Source: a bacterium (GTDB lineage: Bacteria > Arandabacterota > Arandabacteria > Arandabacterales > JALGWA01). From it: a DNA stretch of 29,929 nt. The translations under genes and the position numbers were made by a program. Below are positions 1 through 8,809 of the stretch, piece by piece (position 1 is the first letter of the stretch; every line of letters begins with the position of its first letter). The stretch is from contig JASFEA010000019.1 of assembly GCA_050125095.1 (NCBI GenBank), forward strand, positions 1 to 29,929, written 5' to 3'. The notes beneath the pieces were generated by a model that did no database searches, was not told the origin of the DNA, and was given only the letters and a program-made list of their open reading frames with translations.

Positions 1-872
1 CAGAAATTCTTATCGGCATATGTGGGGTCCCAGCCGTCGTCGTCGTCCACGTCGAAATACCCGGGGCTGTCATTGAAAGAATCCTGCCACAGCACTTCGG
101 CTATGGTGTCTGCGGCGGCCGCGTAGTCATAAGTATCGCCGGGATAGACATCACCCAGCATTGCGGCTGCCACTGCCCATGCTCCTATGTCCCAGGCTAT
201 GATGCCGTTCCCGTAGCCCTGGCCGTACCTGGCGTCGCGGATGTACTTGGCAAGCGAATCCGCCGAACCGTAAACGGCAACCCGCCCGTCGAATTTGGCC
301 TTGGCGCCATCTGCATACGCGGTCCCCGACACTGCCGGCAGGGCCTGGTAGTTGAGGAGGAAGATGATGTCAGCGGCCGTCCTGTAAGTGGTGGCACTCG
401 TAATCAGCTGGTTGGCCGCGTCGGTTATTGCCGTGAAGTGTCCGGCGTCACCCGATTCTAGATACGAGTAATACGCGCCCTGGGCGGTGGCGCCGTAAAG
501 GTTGGTCGGGCTCGCAGCAGTGGAGTGGAAGAAGGGATGTGTATTGGAATCCACCCTCCAGTCCCAGCCCCCGTCGTCGGGATCATCGGGGCTCTCGCCC
601 GCCCCCGAACCGTTGCCGGCATTATCTTCAGTGATGTCGGCCTGCATCTGCTGCAAATAATCGGCCCCGTCCGTCAGGGCCGCGTCGAAGTCGACCAGGT
701 CACCGAGCGCTCCCAGGACCGGAAGCCGCACGGTTGTCTGCGCTCCGAGTACGGGCGGGGATTCGCCCCAGTCGAAGCGCTGGGCCGTTCTCTGACCGGG
801 AGCGCCGATAGCGACGCCGGCCACGAGAACAGCGACAAGAAACAGTATGGAGGAACTCATACCTTGTTTCAT
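1..872 (-). CDS. Secreted acidic protein, probably alpha/alpha-barrel (prenyltransferase/QW-repeat-like); 3' end runs off the window
   Basis: Hand-translated (absent from the ORF track because truncated). ATG at 872, RBS AAAGGAG upstream. MKQGMSSSILFLVAVLVAGVAIG signal peptide, then ...DGADYLQQMQADITEDNAGNG...DDGGWDW...; open to position 1. Confidence 0.8.
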   Translation of the reverse strand, partial: MKQGMSSSILFLVAVLVAGVAIGAPGQRTAQRFDWGESPPVLGAQTTVRLPVLGALGDLVDFDAALTDGADYLQQMQADITEDNAGNGSGAGESPDDPDDGGWDWRVDSNTHPFFHSTAASPTNLYGATAQGAYYSYLESGDAGHFTAITDAANQLITSATTYRTAADIIFLLNYQALPAVSGTAYADGAKAKFDGRVAVYGSADSLAKYIRDARYGQGYGNGIIAWDIGAWAVAAAMLGDVYPGDTYDYAAAADTIAEVLWQDSFNDSPGYFDVDDDDGWDPTYADKNF

Positions 873-1059
873 AGCACTGAACTCCTTTCAGGTGTCTGTC
901 TTCTCTAAACCCCGAAATCCTTTGAGCGCGAGATATGAATTGTCAGACCACCTGGTGTTCCGCGCGCTTCAGACACAACAAGACGTTTCCATACCACCCC
1001 CTCTCAACCAGTCTTGAATAGTGTCGCAGCTAAGGAGTAACTTATATCGCCTCTAATAC

Positions 1060-1596
1060 TTACCTGTACAACGCCTTGATGCTGCCCCAGGTCGAAGCAT
1101 CTACGGCCGTCGGGCACTCGATTGTAACTGTCCCGTCGGCTGTTGAGACGCTTATGGGCATGTTGTCACTGTCTCTCACAATCGCCATTACGAAAGCCAG
1201 AGGAGTGACAGCCCCGCATCCCCAGGGTGGGCCGAAGCAAAGCGTGAACAGGTGTCCCGGACCCGATACAGTCCCAGTAAGGTCAGACGCGTCCACCGCC
1301 ACAGTGTCGTATACCGCGCCAGGACGCAGGTCATCGAAGAACGCAGAGCTGTGACCTGCCAGTGAGAAGATGTCGCCGCTCTGGACGGAGATGAGGGCCA
1401 TGTGGTCAGGCCTGTAAATCATTTCCACGCTGTAGCCCTTGATATCCGTCGCGGCACCAATCCACACCTCGGCGCAGTATGTACTGTCCATGCAGGTGTC
1501 GACAGTCCCATCCTGAGGAACGATATAGATGGGAGTCTGACCCTGAACGCAGGGTGCCAGCCCGAGCACAATCGCACACAGTAGAAATACTCGCAA
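1060..1596 (-). CDS. Secreted cohesin-like domain protein with C-terminal TWGxIKALYR motif
   Basis: TTG start with GGAGGAGG RBS; signal peptide. Cohesin-like pattern (DIKGYSVEMIY, SVQSGDIF, SGPGHLFTLCF, RDSDN, DGTVTI). Ends TAVDASTWGSIKALYR. Confidence 0.75.
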   Translation of the reverse strand: MRVFLLCAIVLGLAPCVQGQTPIYIVPQDGTVDTCMDSTYCAEVWIGAATDIKGYSVEMIYRPDHMALISVQSGDIFSLAGHSSAFFDDLRPGAVYDTVAVDASDLTGTVSGPGHLFTLCFGPPWGCGAVTPLAFVMAIVRDSDNMPISVSTADGTVTIECPTAVDASTWGSIKALYR

Positions 1597-1641
1597 TTGG
1601 GTGCCTCCTCCCTGAGTGATAATCGTGCAACTCTACTGAGA

Positions 1642-1678
1642 ATGCGATAACCTTATCACATATATTAATTTAAGTCAA
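1642..1678 (-). promoter_or_regulatory. Sigma70-type promoter with overlapping inverted repeat for the cohesin-like gene
   Basis: Minus strand TTGACT (1678-1673), 17 nt, TAAGGT with TG extension. ATGCGATAA-CC-TTATCACAT near-palindrome at 1642-1661. Confidence 0.5.
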
Positions 1679-1823
1679 GCCAATAGGGGGCTTTAGGGGG
1701 GGTTTCGCCGAGTCTTTACGGAAATTACGCGGCGCATGCGGATTTCAGGTCCGGGGGAACTGGAAAGGGCCATCGCAGGCTTGCGGCCGGGGCACATGGG
1801 CCGGGGGCCGCGGGCAGACGGGC

Positions 1824-2615
1824 CTAGAGCGGCTGGGCCGCGTTTGACCTCTCCAGGATGAGCTCCGCCACCTTCTTACCGCTCAGGAGCATGCCGCCGA
1901 AAATGGGGCCCATCCTGGGCCCGCCGAAGACAGCGTTGCAGGCCATACCCGTCACGTAGACACGCGGGTATATTTCCTTTGTATTCTCAATAGTGAGCTT
2001 CTCGGCGACGTCGGCAGACATGGGCTTCTCGCCCAAAACCTTCCCGGTAGGAGTATTTAGCCTGACTCCGGCCTTGCGCTCCAGAATACGCGCGACCTCG
2101 CACGGGTGACCCGTCCCTTCCACAATGAACCCGGCCCTCACGGTTATGGGGTCCACGTGCAGCCCGGCCATCTCGACCGCGCTCCAGTTTATGACGAGCC
2201 CGTCCACTTCCTCGCCTTTCATCAAAACGTCTTCGACGCTTAAGAGATTCATTATGCGCGTGCCCGCCCGCGACGCTGCCGAAGCGATTGTCGTCACCGC
2301 CTCAACCGAATCGCTGGCGAAATAGCCCGGCAGGATTTCCCTGGCGCCCACACCGAACTCGTCCAGAACGGCTTTGCCTTCCGCCTGGACGACGATTTCA
2401 TTGAACATGATCCCACCGCCCCACATACCTCCGCCGATCGACATCTTCCTCTCGAAAAGCACCACCTTTTTGCCGCCCCTGGCCAGATAATAGGCCGCGG
2501 TGAGACCGGCCGGGCCGGCGCCGACAATGGCGACGTCACTGTTCATTACCTCTATGAGCTTCTCCGAAAATGACCGGACTATTGCCTCGGATATCTTGAC
2601 ATCATCGATTGCCAT
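1824..2615 (-). CDS. thi4: Sulfide-dependent adenosine diphosphate thiazole synthase (non-Cys, His-type Thi4)
   Basis: [12 protein letters not shown] nucleotide-binding motif, [28 protein letters not shown] signature. Start placed at MAIDDV (2615) behind a G-rich RBS. Confidence 0.95.
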   Translation of the reverse strand: MAIDDVKISEAIVRSFSEKLIEVMNSDVAIVGAGPAGLTAAYYLARGGKKVVLFERKMSIGGGMWGGGIMFNEIVVQAEGKAVLDEFGVGAREILPGYFASDSVEAVTTIASAASRAGTRIMNLLSVEDVLMKGEEVDGLVINWSAVEMAGLHVDPITVRAGFIVEGTGHPCEVARILERKAGVRLNTPTGKVLGEKPMSADVAEKLTIENTKEIYPRVYVTGMACNAVFGGPRMGPIFGGMLLSGKKVAELILERSNAAQPL

Positions 2616-2799
2616 GTCTTCCCCCCAATTCAACTTAGGTGAAGCGAATCAGAATAAATGCACGGTATTATCAGGTTCGCCTGACCGATATTAATGACTC
2701 CCTGCCCCAGTTTCAAGCCGAAATGCCGGGGATTGGCGCTTGACGCCCTCAGCCGGCCGGTGCTTATGTGGACACATGAACCGACATGGAGGAAAAGAC

Positions 2800-5397
2800 A
2801 TGAGAGCAAACATAACCCTCGGGGCCGCGCTCGTCTGTCTCGGGCTCACAGCGACGCCGGTACTCGCAGAACCGGCCGCCATGCTGCCTTCTATCGAGGA
2901 CACCATAAGCGTGGACGAGTGGCGGTTCCTCGGCCCCTTCTCGGTGGGATACCGCGAGGGGATACAGAGCGCTGTGCCGGATCCGGCGCACCTCACCCCG
3001 GCCAACCGATGGCGCGGCGACGGGACCGAACCCCCCAAGTTCAGGAGCACGCTCACACAGGGCGGTACTGTGACCTGGAAGAGCGTCTCGGCGGATTCCA
3101 CGGGCTGGGTCAATATCGAATTCGACGATGTTTACTGGGACACAATCATGGACATTTACGGTTATGCTGGCCTTGTGAACAAGACATTCGCATACGCGGA
3201 GATCGTCGCTCCGGCCGAGAGCCGCGCGCTCATTGTCGCCGAGAGGGTCGGGACTTTCTTCCTCGAATCGCAGGAGTATTACGGCGGCCCGTACGGGCAC
3301 GACTTCGTCCGGGTTCCGGTCGTGCTCAATAAAGGCGCGAACCGCGTCGTGCTCAGTCTCTCGGGTTTTGCCGGCCACAGGTTCCGCTTCGAAGTGCTCC
3401 CGGCCCCCGCGCCCGTCATGCTCATGAACGACTACACGACGCCCGACCTCATCGAGGGCGAGACGGGCGGGTTCTATGCGGGCATTACCGTCCTCAATAC
3501 GACTACCTCTAGAATGACAAACGCCACGCTCCTGATAGGAAATGGCGTCATGATAGCCGCGAAGGAGATCGGCATCTCTGATATCGCTCCGCTATGTGTG
3601 AAGAAGGTGCCGGTGCGGCTCGATGTGACATCGACCCCGGGGGGAATTGACCGGGTGTCGATACCTGTAAGCGTTGTCTCGTCCGGGGTCACCTACACCG
3701 ATTCTATGCGCCTCAGGGTTCGGGCGCCCGGCCAATCCCACAAGCGCACGTTCATATCGCGAATTGACAACTCATGCCAGTACTTCGCCGTGCTCCCGCC
3801 GGAAGACTTCCAGCCCGACCGCGATTATGCCCTGATTCTCACGCTGCACGGTGCCGGCGTCAGGGCCGAGGGCCAGGTTGACGCCTACAAGCCCAAGCCG
3901 TGGGCCTTCGTCGCCGCCCCGACCAACAGGCGGCCGTTCGGATTCGACTGGCAGGACTGGGGACGGCTCGACGCGCTGGAGGTGCTTGAGATCGCCAGAC
4001 GGACGCTGCCCATAGACACAACCAGGATTTACCTTACAGGCCACTCCATGGGCGGCCACGGGACCTGGCACGTTGGGCTCAACCATGCCGACCTCTTCGC
4101 CGCAATGGCGCCGGAGGCCGGGTGGACTTCTTTCGAGCTCTACATCCCCTGGTTCCTGCAGAAGAGCTACATCCTCGGCGACCCGAGGGCCGTCGGGATG
4201 AGGGACCTCGCCCTCCGGGAGGACAAGCCATTGAACTTCGTCGAGAACGCCCTCAACCTCCCCATCTTTATCCTCCATGGCGGAGCAGATGATAACGTGC
4301 CGCCCATGCACGGCCGCATGTTCGCCGAGAGACTCGAGGAACTTGAATACGACTTCGAGTACCGGGAAATACCGGGCCGCGGACACTGGTGGCATGACGA
4401 TAGCCTCGATGTCTCCTGCGTGGATTACCCCGAGGTCATGGACTTCCTTAAGTCCCGGGACCGGGATGCGGATCCACGGTGGGTGCGCCTTAAAACCGTC
4501 AACCTGGCAACGGCAAACAGGTCTCACTGGCTCGAAGTCACACTGCAGCAGGAGCCCATGAGGGAAACGTACATCGAGGCGCTTGCCGTCGGAGACGACG
4601 CCCTGGGAACCCAGAAAATAGTCATCACCAATACGCGCAATGTGAAGGAGTTCAGCATCCGGCGTCCGGATTGCTTCAGGACATCCGAACCTATCCCCGT
4701 GACGGTGGGGCAGGCCATATACGAGGTAAGCCTGAAGCCGGGTGACACGGCGGTCTTCGGACGGAGGGCAGGCGAGTTCAGACCGGGGCCCGCGAATCGG
4801 CCGGGGCTCGCAAAAACCGCAAACCTCTACGGGCCGATCAAGCAGGCTTACTTCTCGCCTTTCGTCATAGTCTATGGCACAGGGGAACCCGGGCCCGGCA
4901 TGCAGGCCTTTACGGAACTGTCGCTTCACCAGGCGCGACTGCAGGCCTGGCGCTGGTGGAGAAGGGGAAACGGCTACGCCGACGTCATCCCGGACACCTG
5001 CGTTACCGACTCGGTGATAGCAAACTGCAATCTCATACTGTTCGGTACCGGCGTCCATAATAGAATCCTGGCAAGAATCGAACGTGACCTGCCTGTTAAG
5101 ATAGCCGGAAGTGACATATATATTGGCTCGCGCCGTGTTCCAGGAGCCCGGGCCGCCATGTTTGTTTATCCCAATCCCCTGAACCCGGAGAAACTCGTCG
5201 TGGTACATGCCGGCCTCGAGTTCCAGGGTCAGGAACTCTCGGACTTCTTCAAGACCATATACGCGGGCGCGGGCCTGCCCGACTACATCATATACGGGGA
5301 CAGGGTCCGGACGCGCGGATGGGCCGGCGTATTGTGCACGGGCTTCTTCGATGCCGACTGGCAGGTGGACGAAAGTCTTATGTACATGGCTGAATAG
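2800..5397 (+). CDS. Secreted alpha/beta-hydrolase (S9 prolyl-oligopeptidase/esterase-like) with N-terminal beta-sandwich regions
   Basis: ATG at 2800 with GGAGG RBS; signal peptide; LILTLHGAG, GHSMGG nucleophile elbow, ILHGGADDNVP (Asp), GRGHWW (His). Confidence 0.85.
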   Translation: MRANITLGAALVCLGLTATPVLAEPAAMLPSIEDTISVDEWRFLGPFSVGYREGIQSAVPDPAHLTPANRWRGDGTEPPKFRSTLTQGGTVTWKSVSADSTGWVNIEFDDVYWDTIMDIYGYAGLVNKTFAYAEIVAPAESRALIVAERVGTFFLESQEYYGGPYGHDFVRVPVVLNKGANRVVLSLSGFAGHRFRFEVLPAPAPVMLMNDYTTPDLIEGETGGFYAGITVLNTTTSRMTNATLLIGNGVMIAAKEIGISDIAPLCVKKVPVRLDVTSTPGGIDRVSIPVSVVSSGVTYTDSMRLRVRAPGQSHKRTFISRIDNSCQYFAVLPPEDFQPDRDYALILTLHGAGVRAEGQVDAYKPKPWAFVAAPTNRRPFGFDWQDWGRLDALEVLEIARRTLPIDTTRIYLTGHSMGGHGTWHVGLNHADLFAAMAPEAGWTSFELYIPWFLQKSYILGDPRAVGMRDLALREDKPLNFVENALNLPIFILHGGADDNVPPMHGRMFAERLEELEYDFEYREIPGRGHWWHDDSLDVSCVDYPEVMDFLKSRDRDADPRWVRLKTVNLATANRSHWLEVTLQQEPMRETYIEALAVGDDALGTQKIVITNTRNVKEFSIRRPDCFRTSEPIPVTVGQAIYEVSLKPGDTAVFGRRAGEFRPGPANRPGLAKTANLYGPIKQAYFSPFVIVYGTGEPGPGMQAFTELSLHQARLQAWRWWRRGNGYADVIPDTCVTDSVIANCNLILFGTGVHNRILARIERDLPVKIAGSDIYIGSRRVPGARAAMFVYPNPLNPEKLVVVHAGLEFQGQELSDFFKTIYAGAGLPDYIIYGDRVRTRGWAGVLCTGFFDADWQVDESLMYMAE

Positions 5398-5430
5398 CAA
5401 CACCGGCGCGGGCTCCAGGCCTTATGAAGC

Positions 5431-5459
5431 TTGACTCGTCGCCGCCGGCGTGGTAGACT
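5431..5459 (+). promoter_or_regulatory. Sigma70-type promoter for the lipoprotein gene
   Basis: TTGACT-17 nt-TAGACT with TG extension, about 90 nt upstream of ATG 5552. Confidence 0.55.
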
Positions 5460-5551
5460 GCTGGCTGTTAAATCATGCCTTAAGGGTCACTGGCTGCGGG
5501 TACCGGGGCATGTAATCGCGTGGGGCAACCTACTTCAGGGGGAGCTTTATC

Positions 5552-6463
5552 ATGAGATATCCAGCCACAAACATCGCTCTCATCTTAATTTGCATTGCCG
5601 TTCTGATAGCCGGGGGCTGTTCACGGGACAGCCAGGGCCCCGCGGAACCGGCAATTCCTGACCTTACCAAAACCGATACTGCGAGAAACAGCCGCGAAGG
5701 CACCCTCATCGACTATGTCGACGTCCTGCTTCCAGCGCGTCCCCTGGTTGTGGCCACCAACGCCGGCATCGGCATAGTTGAGCATGAGGGAACCTTCGAG
5801 CTGATCAACTCCTTCGGCAAAAGGGTCGAGGTCCGCGACGGCAGGATATTCGCATTCCAATATGACGACATACTGGAGATGGACCGGGATGGAGCCGTAC
5901 TCAATACCATTGACCTGCCGGATACTGTGACCGGCTGGACCAACTTCTGCGCCCTCCCGGACGGCGGATTCGCCATCATGGACAATGTGAGGGACGTGGT
6001 CTCATTCGTCGACTCCACGGGAGCCTTTATCGATGAGGTGGCGATCCCCGAGGACGACGGTGAGCGTCTCCAGAATTTCTCCGGAATAGTCGTGGGAGAC
6101 GATCTCATCGTCTCGGAGACCGGGACCGGGAAGGTATTCGCCATTGACCTGGTGACGCGCGAGGCCTCCATCTTCAAAGACCTCAGCGACCTCAGGGGCT
6201 GGATAGGCGGCATCGCCCACAGGGGCGGCACCTTCTACATAACCCAGGCCGGCAAGATTCATTCGTTCACAGAGGCGGGGCCGACAACCCTGATATGCGA
6301 TATTACCGACTACAACATCTGCGAAGTTGTAGTCGTGGGCAGATTCCTGTATTTCGTCAGCAACTTCGGAGGCCGGGTATACAGGATGAACAGATTCTCT
6401 TACGATATGGCCGTGCATGTAGGGGGCTTGAACATGCCCGAGGACATAGAGATTCTTCCTTAG
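5552..6463 (+). CDS. Lipoprotein with beta-propeller (NHL/SGL-like) repeats
   Basis: Hydrophobic signal ending LIAGGC (lipobox-like); ~40-aa blades (ALPDGGFAIMD, LIVSETGTGKVFAID, GTFYIT, LYFVSNFGGRVYRM, GLNMPEDI); GGGGAG RBS. Confidence 0.75.
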   Translation: MRYPATNIALILICIAVLIAGGCSRDSQGPAEPAIPDLTKTDTARNSREGTLIDYVDVLLPARPLVVATNAGIGIVEHEGTFELINSFGKRVEVRDGRIFAFQYDDILEMDRDGAVLNTIDLPDTVTGWTNFCALPDGGFAIMDNVRDVVSFVDSTGAFIDEVAIPEDDGERLQNFSGIVVGDDLIVSETGTGKVFAIDLVTREASIFKDLSDLRGWIGGIAHRGGTFYITQAGKIHSFTEAGPTTLICDITDYNICEVVVVGRFLYFVSNFGGRVYRMNRFSYDMAVHVGGLNMPEDIEILP

Positions 6464-6715
6464 GTTCTGATCGGGGTACACCCTGGGGTACTTTTCAGGC
6501 TGGACCCGGCCCCGGGGTAGGTCCGGTGTCCACAAAATAGAGAAGTGGGGCAGGAGCTCGGTGCGAAAACAGCAATTGGGGCAAAGAAAGGAGGCTCCCA
6601 CCCCACACATCCCTAACCCTAATAGTTAGATTCATATCGGAGCCAGAGGTAACATAATCAATTCGCAAAATCCGCGCAAGCCCTGTTTGCATATTCTGGC
6701 TCTCTCTTGCGTCTG

Positions 6716-7231
6716 TTACTCCTCTGACGCCGCCGGCGGGGTAAATACCCGCTGGCCGAGCTCCCTGTCCATCATAAAGAGCCCGTTACCACTATCCCCA
6801 ATAAGTCTGAGCCTGTCCAGTACCGCGCTGGCCGAATCCTCTTCCTCCACCTGCTCGTCCACGAACCACTGGAGGAAGCCCCTTGATGCGTGGTCCTTCT
6901 CCGCAATCGCCAGGTCCATGAGCTTGTTTATGAGCCCCGTGACCTTCTGCTCGTGCTCGTAGACATGCTTGAAAACGGCGACCGCCGAGTCCCAGTCAGT
7001 CTGCGGGCCCTCTATGGCCTTCAAAGTGACCCTGCCGCCCCGCTCGTTTATGTGGCCGAAGAACTTCATGGCATGGCTCATCTCTTCCTGGGCCTGCACG
7101 CGCATCCAGTTCGCGAAACCGGCCATGCCGGCTGAATCGAAATAGGCCGACATCGATAGATAAAGGTAAGCCGAATACATCTCGGCGTTCATCTGATCGT
7201 TGAAGGCTGCTTCAATCTTCTTGTTCAACAT
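6716..7231 (-). CDS. ftnA: Non-heme ferritin
   Basis: [45 protein letters not shown] ferroxidase motifs. Confidence 0.95.
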   Translation of the reverse strand: MLNKKIEAAFNDQMNAEMYSAYLYLSMSAYFDSAGMAGFANWMRVQAQEEMSHAMKFFGHINERGGRVTLKAIEGPQTDWDSAVAVFKHVYEHEQKVTGLINKLMDLAIAEKDHASRGFLQWFVDEQVEEEDSASAVLDRLRLIGDSGNGLFMMDRELGQRVFTPPAASEE

Positions 7232-7233
7232 CC

Positions 7234-7608
7234 CTAAGACCTCCAGAGTCCATGCACGTTGCAGTACTCGCGGGCCGAGAGGTCACCCTTTAGGACCTTG
7301 AAAGTCCCCTCCGGGGCCCCGCCCGGCTTTAAGAAAATGCGGTAGGCATTGTCGCCCGACATGATCTGAACCCACTCGATGTAGTGCTCGGTCTCCATGG
7401 GATGTGGAATACTGCCCACCTTGACCGTGACGCCGTCGGCGGCTGCCTCAACGACCGGCACATGCTTCTCCTTTGCCGAATCCGCCCTCTGCTCCTTAAG
7501 GAGCTTCATTGGCTTGCCGCAGCACACGAGTTCGCCCTGGCCGCCGTGAATCACCTCGACGATGTTGCCGCAAATCTCACACTTATAAACCTGGAGTCTC
7601 TCAGTCAT
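7234..7608 (-). CDS. dfx: Desulfoferrodoxin (2Fe superoxide reductase)
   Basis: Start MTERLQVYK at 7608 (RBS AAGGAGG); CEICGN...LVCCG centre [25 protein letters not shown] centre II. Confidence 0.95.
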   Translation of the reverse strand: MTERLQVYKCEICGNIVEVIHGGQGELVCCGKPMKLLKEQRADSAKEKHVPVVEAAADGVTVKVGSIPHPMETEHYIEWVQIMSGDNAYRIFLKPGGAPEGTFKVLKGDLSAREYCNVHGLWRS

Positions 7609-7658
7609 CTGTAATCCTCCTTGCCTTGAACCCCGTCTCTGCCGGCAGGGACCACGCC

Positions 7659-8234
7659 CTACCAGTTCTCTCCCAAAATCTCGTAGTGGGCCCGGGGATG
7701 GGCGCATGCCGGACACTCCTCGGGCGCCTCTTCCCCCTCGTGCAGGTAGCCGCAGTTGATGCAGCGCCACACGACCTTCTTCTCGCGCTTGAATACGCGG
7801 TTCTTTTCTATATTGGTCGCGAGGTCGAGATAGCGCTTCTCATGCTGCTTCTCCGCGATTGCTATAGAGGAGAATACGTCCGCGATCTCGTCGAATCCTT
7901 CCTCCAGCGCCACCTTGGCGAAGCCGGGATACATATCGGTCCACTCATAATTCTCGCCGGCAGCGGCCGCCTTGAGGTTCTCATGCGTGGAGCCAATGAC
8001 TCCCGCCGGAAACGCCGCCTGGACCTCGACTTCCCCGCCCTCCAGGAACTTGAACAGCCGCTTGGCGTGTTCCTTCTCCTGGTTGGCCGTCTCCTCGAAT
8101 ATGAGAGACATCTGCACGTAACCTTCCTTCTTGGCCTTGCTTGCGAAGTAGGTATAGCGGTTTCTCGCCTGGGACTCGCCCGCGAATGCGGCGAGCAGGT
8201 TCTTCTCAGTCTTGCTTCCCTTAAGATTCGGCAT
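7659..8234 (-). CDS. rbr: Rubrerythrin
   Basis: [27 protein letters not shown] di-iron ligands; C-terminal CINC...CPAC rubredoxin-like domain. Confidence 0.96.
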   Translation of the reverse strand: MPNLKGSKTEKNLLAAFAGESQARNRYTYFASKAKKEGYVQMSLIFEETANQEKEHAKRLFKFLEGGEVEVQAAFPAGVIGSTHENLKAAAAGENYEWTDMYPGFAKVALEEGFDEIADVFSSIAIAEKQHEKRYLDLATNIEKNRVFKREKKVVWRCINCGYLHEGEEAPEECPACAHPRAHYEILGENW

Positions 8235-8256
8235 CTACTTCCCTCCTTCTTATTCC

Positions 8257-8655
8257 TCAGTCCTTCTTCTTTGTCGTTGCAGTCTTCCTGCAGTCACGGC
8301 ACTTCCCGGTGAATTCCAGGTGGTGCCCCGCTATTTCGTAGCCGCTCAGTTCTTCCACGCGCTTCCTCGCCCTTCCCAGCACACTGTCGGTTATATCGTC
8401 GACCCTGCCGCATTCCAGGCAGCGCACATGTATGTGGTCGTCCACCCACCCGTCATAACGTCTAGGGCAACCGCCCAGCTCAACCGTCTGGATAAGGCCT
8501 TCCCGCGTGAGCAAGTCGAGGTTCCGGTAGACCGTGGCCAGGCTAACCCGCGGCAGCCTGCGTCTTACGAGCTCGTAGACTTCATCTGCGGTCGGGTGGT
8601 TCCTTGTTTTCCGAAGCTCCTCGAGTATAATAAACCTCTGAGGCGTCATTCTCAA
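8257..8655 (-). CDS. perR: Fur-family regulator, PerR-like
   Basis: TPQR, HPTADEVY, SLATVYRNL, RYD, HIHVRCLECGRVDD, CRDC; heads the rbr-dfx-ftn operon. Start is TTG 8655 (GAGGGGG RBS) or ATG 8649. Confidence 0.85.
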   Translation of the reverse strand: MRMTPQRFIILEELRKTRNHPTADEVYELVRRRLPRVSLATVYRNLDLLTREGLIQTVELGGCPRRYDGWVDDHIHVRCLECGRVDDITDSVLGRARKRVEELSGYEIAGHHLEFTGKCRDCRKTATTKKKD

Positions 8656-8700
8656 TGCTGAATCCCCCTCTTGCCGCTCTATATATGATGAAGGCGCCCG

Positions 8701-8742
8701 GATAACGATTCGCATTATTATATGATATTGGTAACTATTATC
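8701..8742. promoter_or_regulatory. Two tandem Fur/PerR-type boxes overlapping a -10 element
   Basis: GATAACGATTCGCATTATT (8701-8719, 14/19) and GATATTGGTAACTATTATC (8724-8742, 15/19) versus GATAATGATAATCATTATC. Minus-strand TATAAT at 8722-8717. Confidence 0.75.
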
Positions 8743-8809
8743 GACAACTTCGTCGGGCCGCGTATTCCCTTGCCTGTGGGGCGCGGCCGCGGCCGGTGAA
8801 GGGCCGGTA

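Noticed and set aside
2660-2760. Possible TPP riboswitch upstream of thi4 (minus-strand GCTGAG and GAACCTGAT fragments)
   Set aside because: The fragments are too far apart, and the P5 stem and the GCGNAGGGA 3' strand are missing; an Infernal RF00059 search would settle it.
3772-5403. 543-aa minus-strand ORF
   Set aside because: Antisense shadow of the hydrolase gene, typical of high-GC coding DNA; no motifs.
6464-6715. Possible ncRNA or terminator in the convergent gap between the lipoprotein and ferritin genes
   Set aside because: Only weak GC hairpins; no recognisable RNA family or clean U-tailed terminator.
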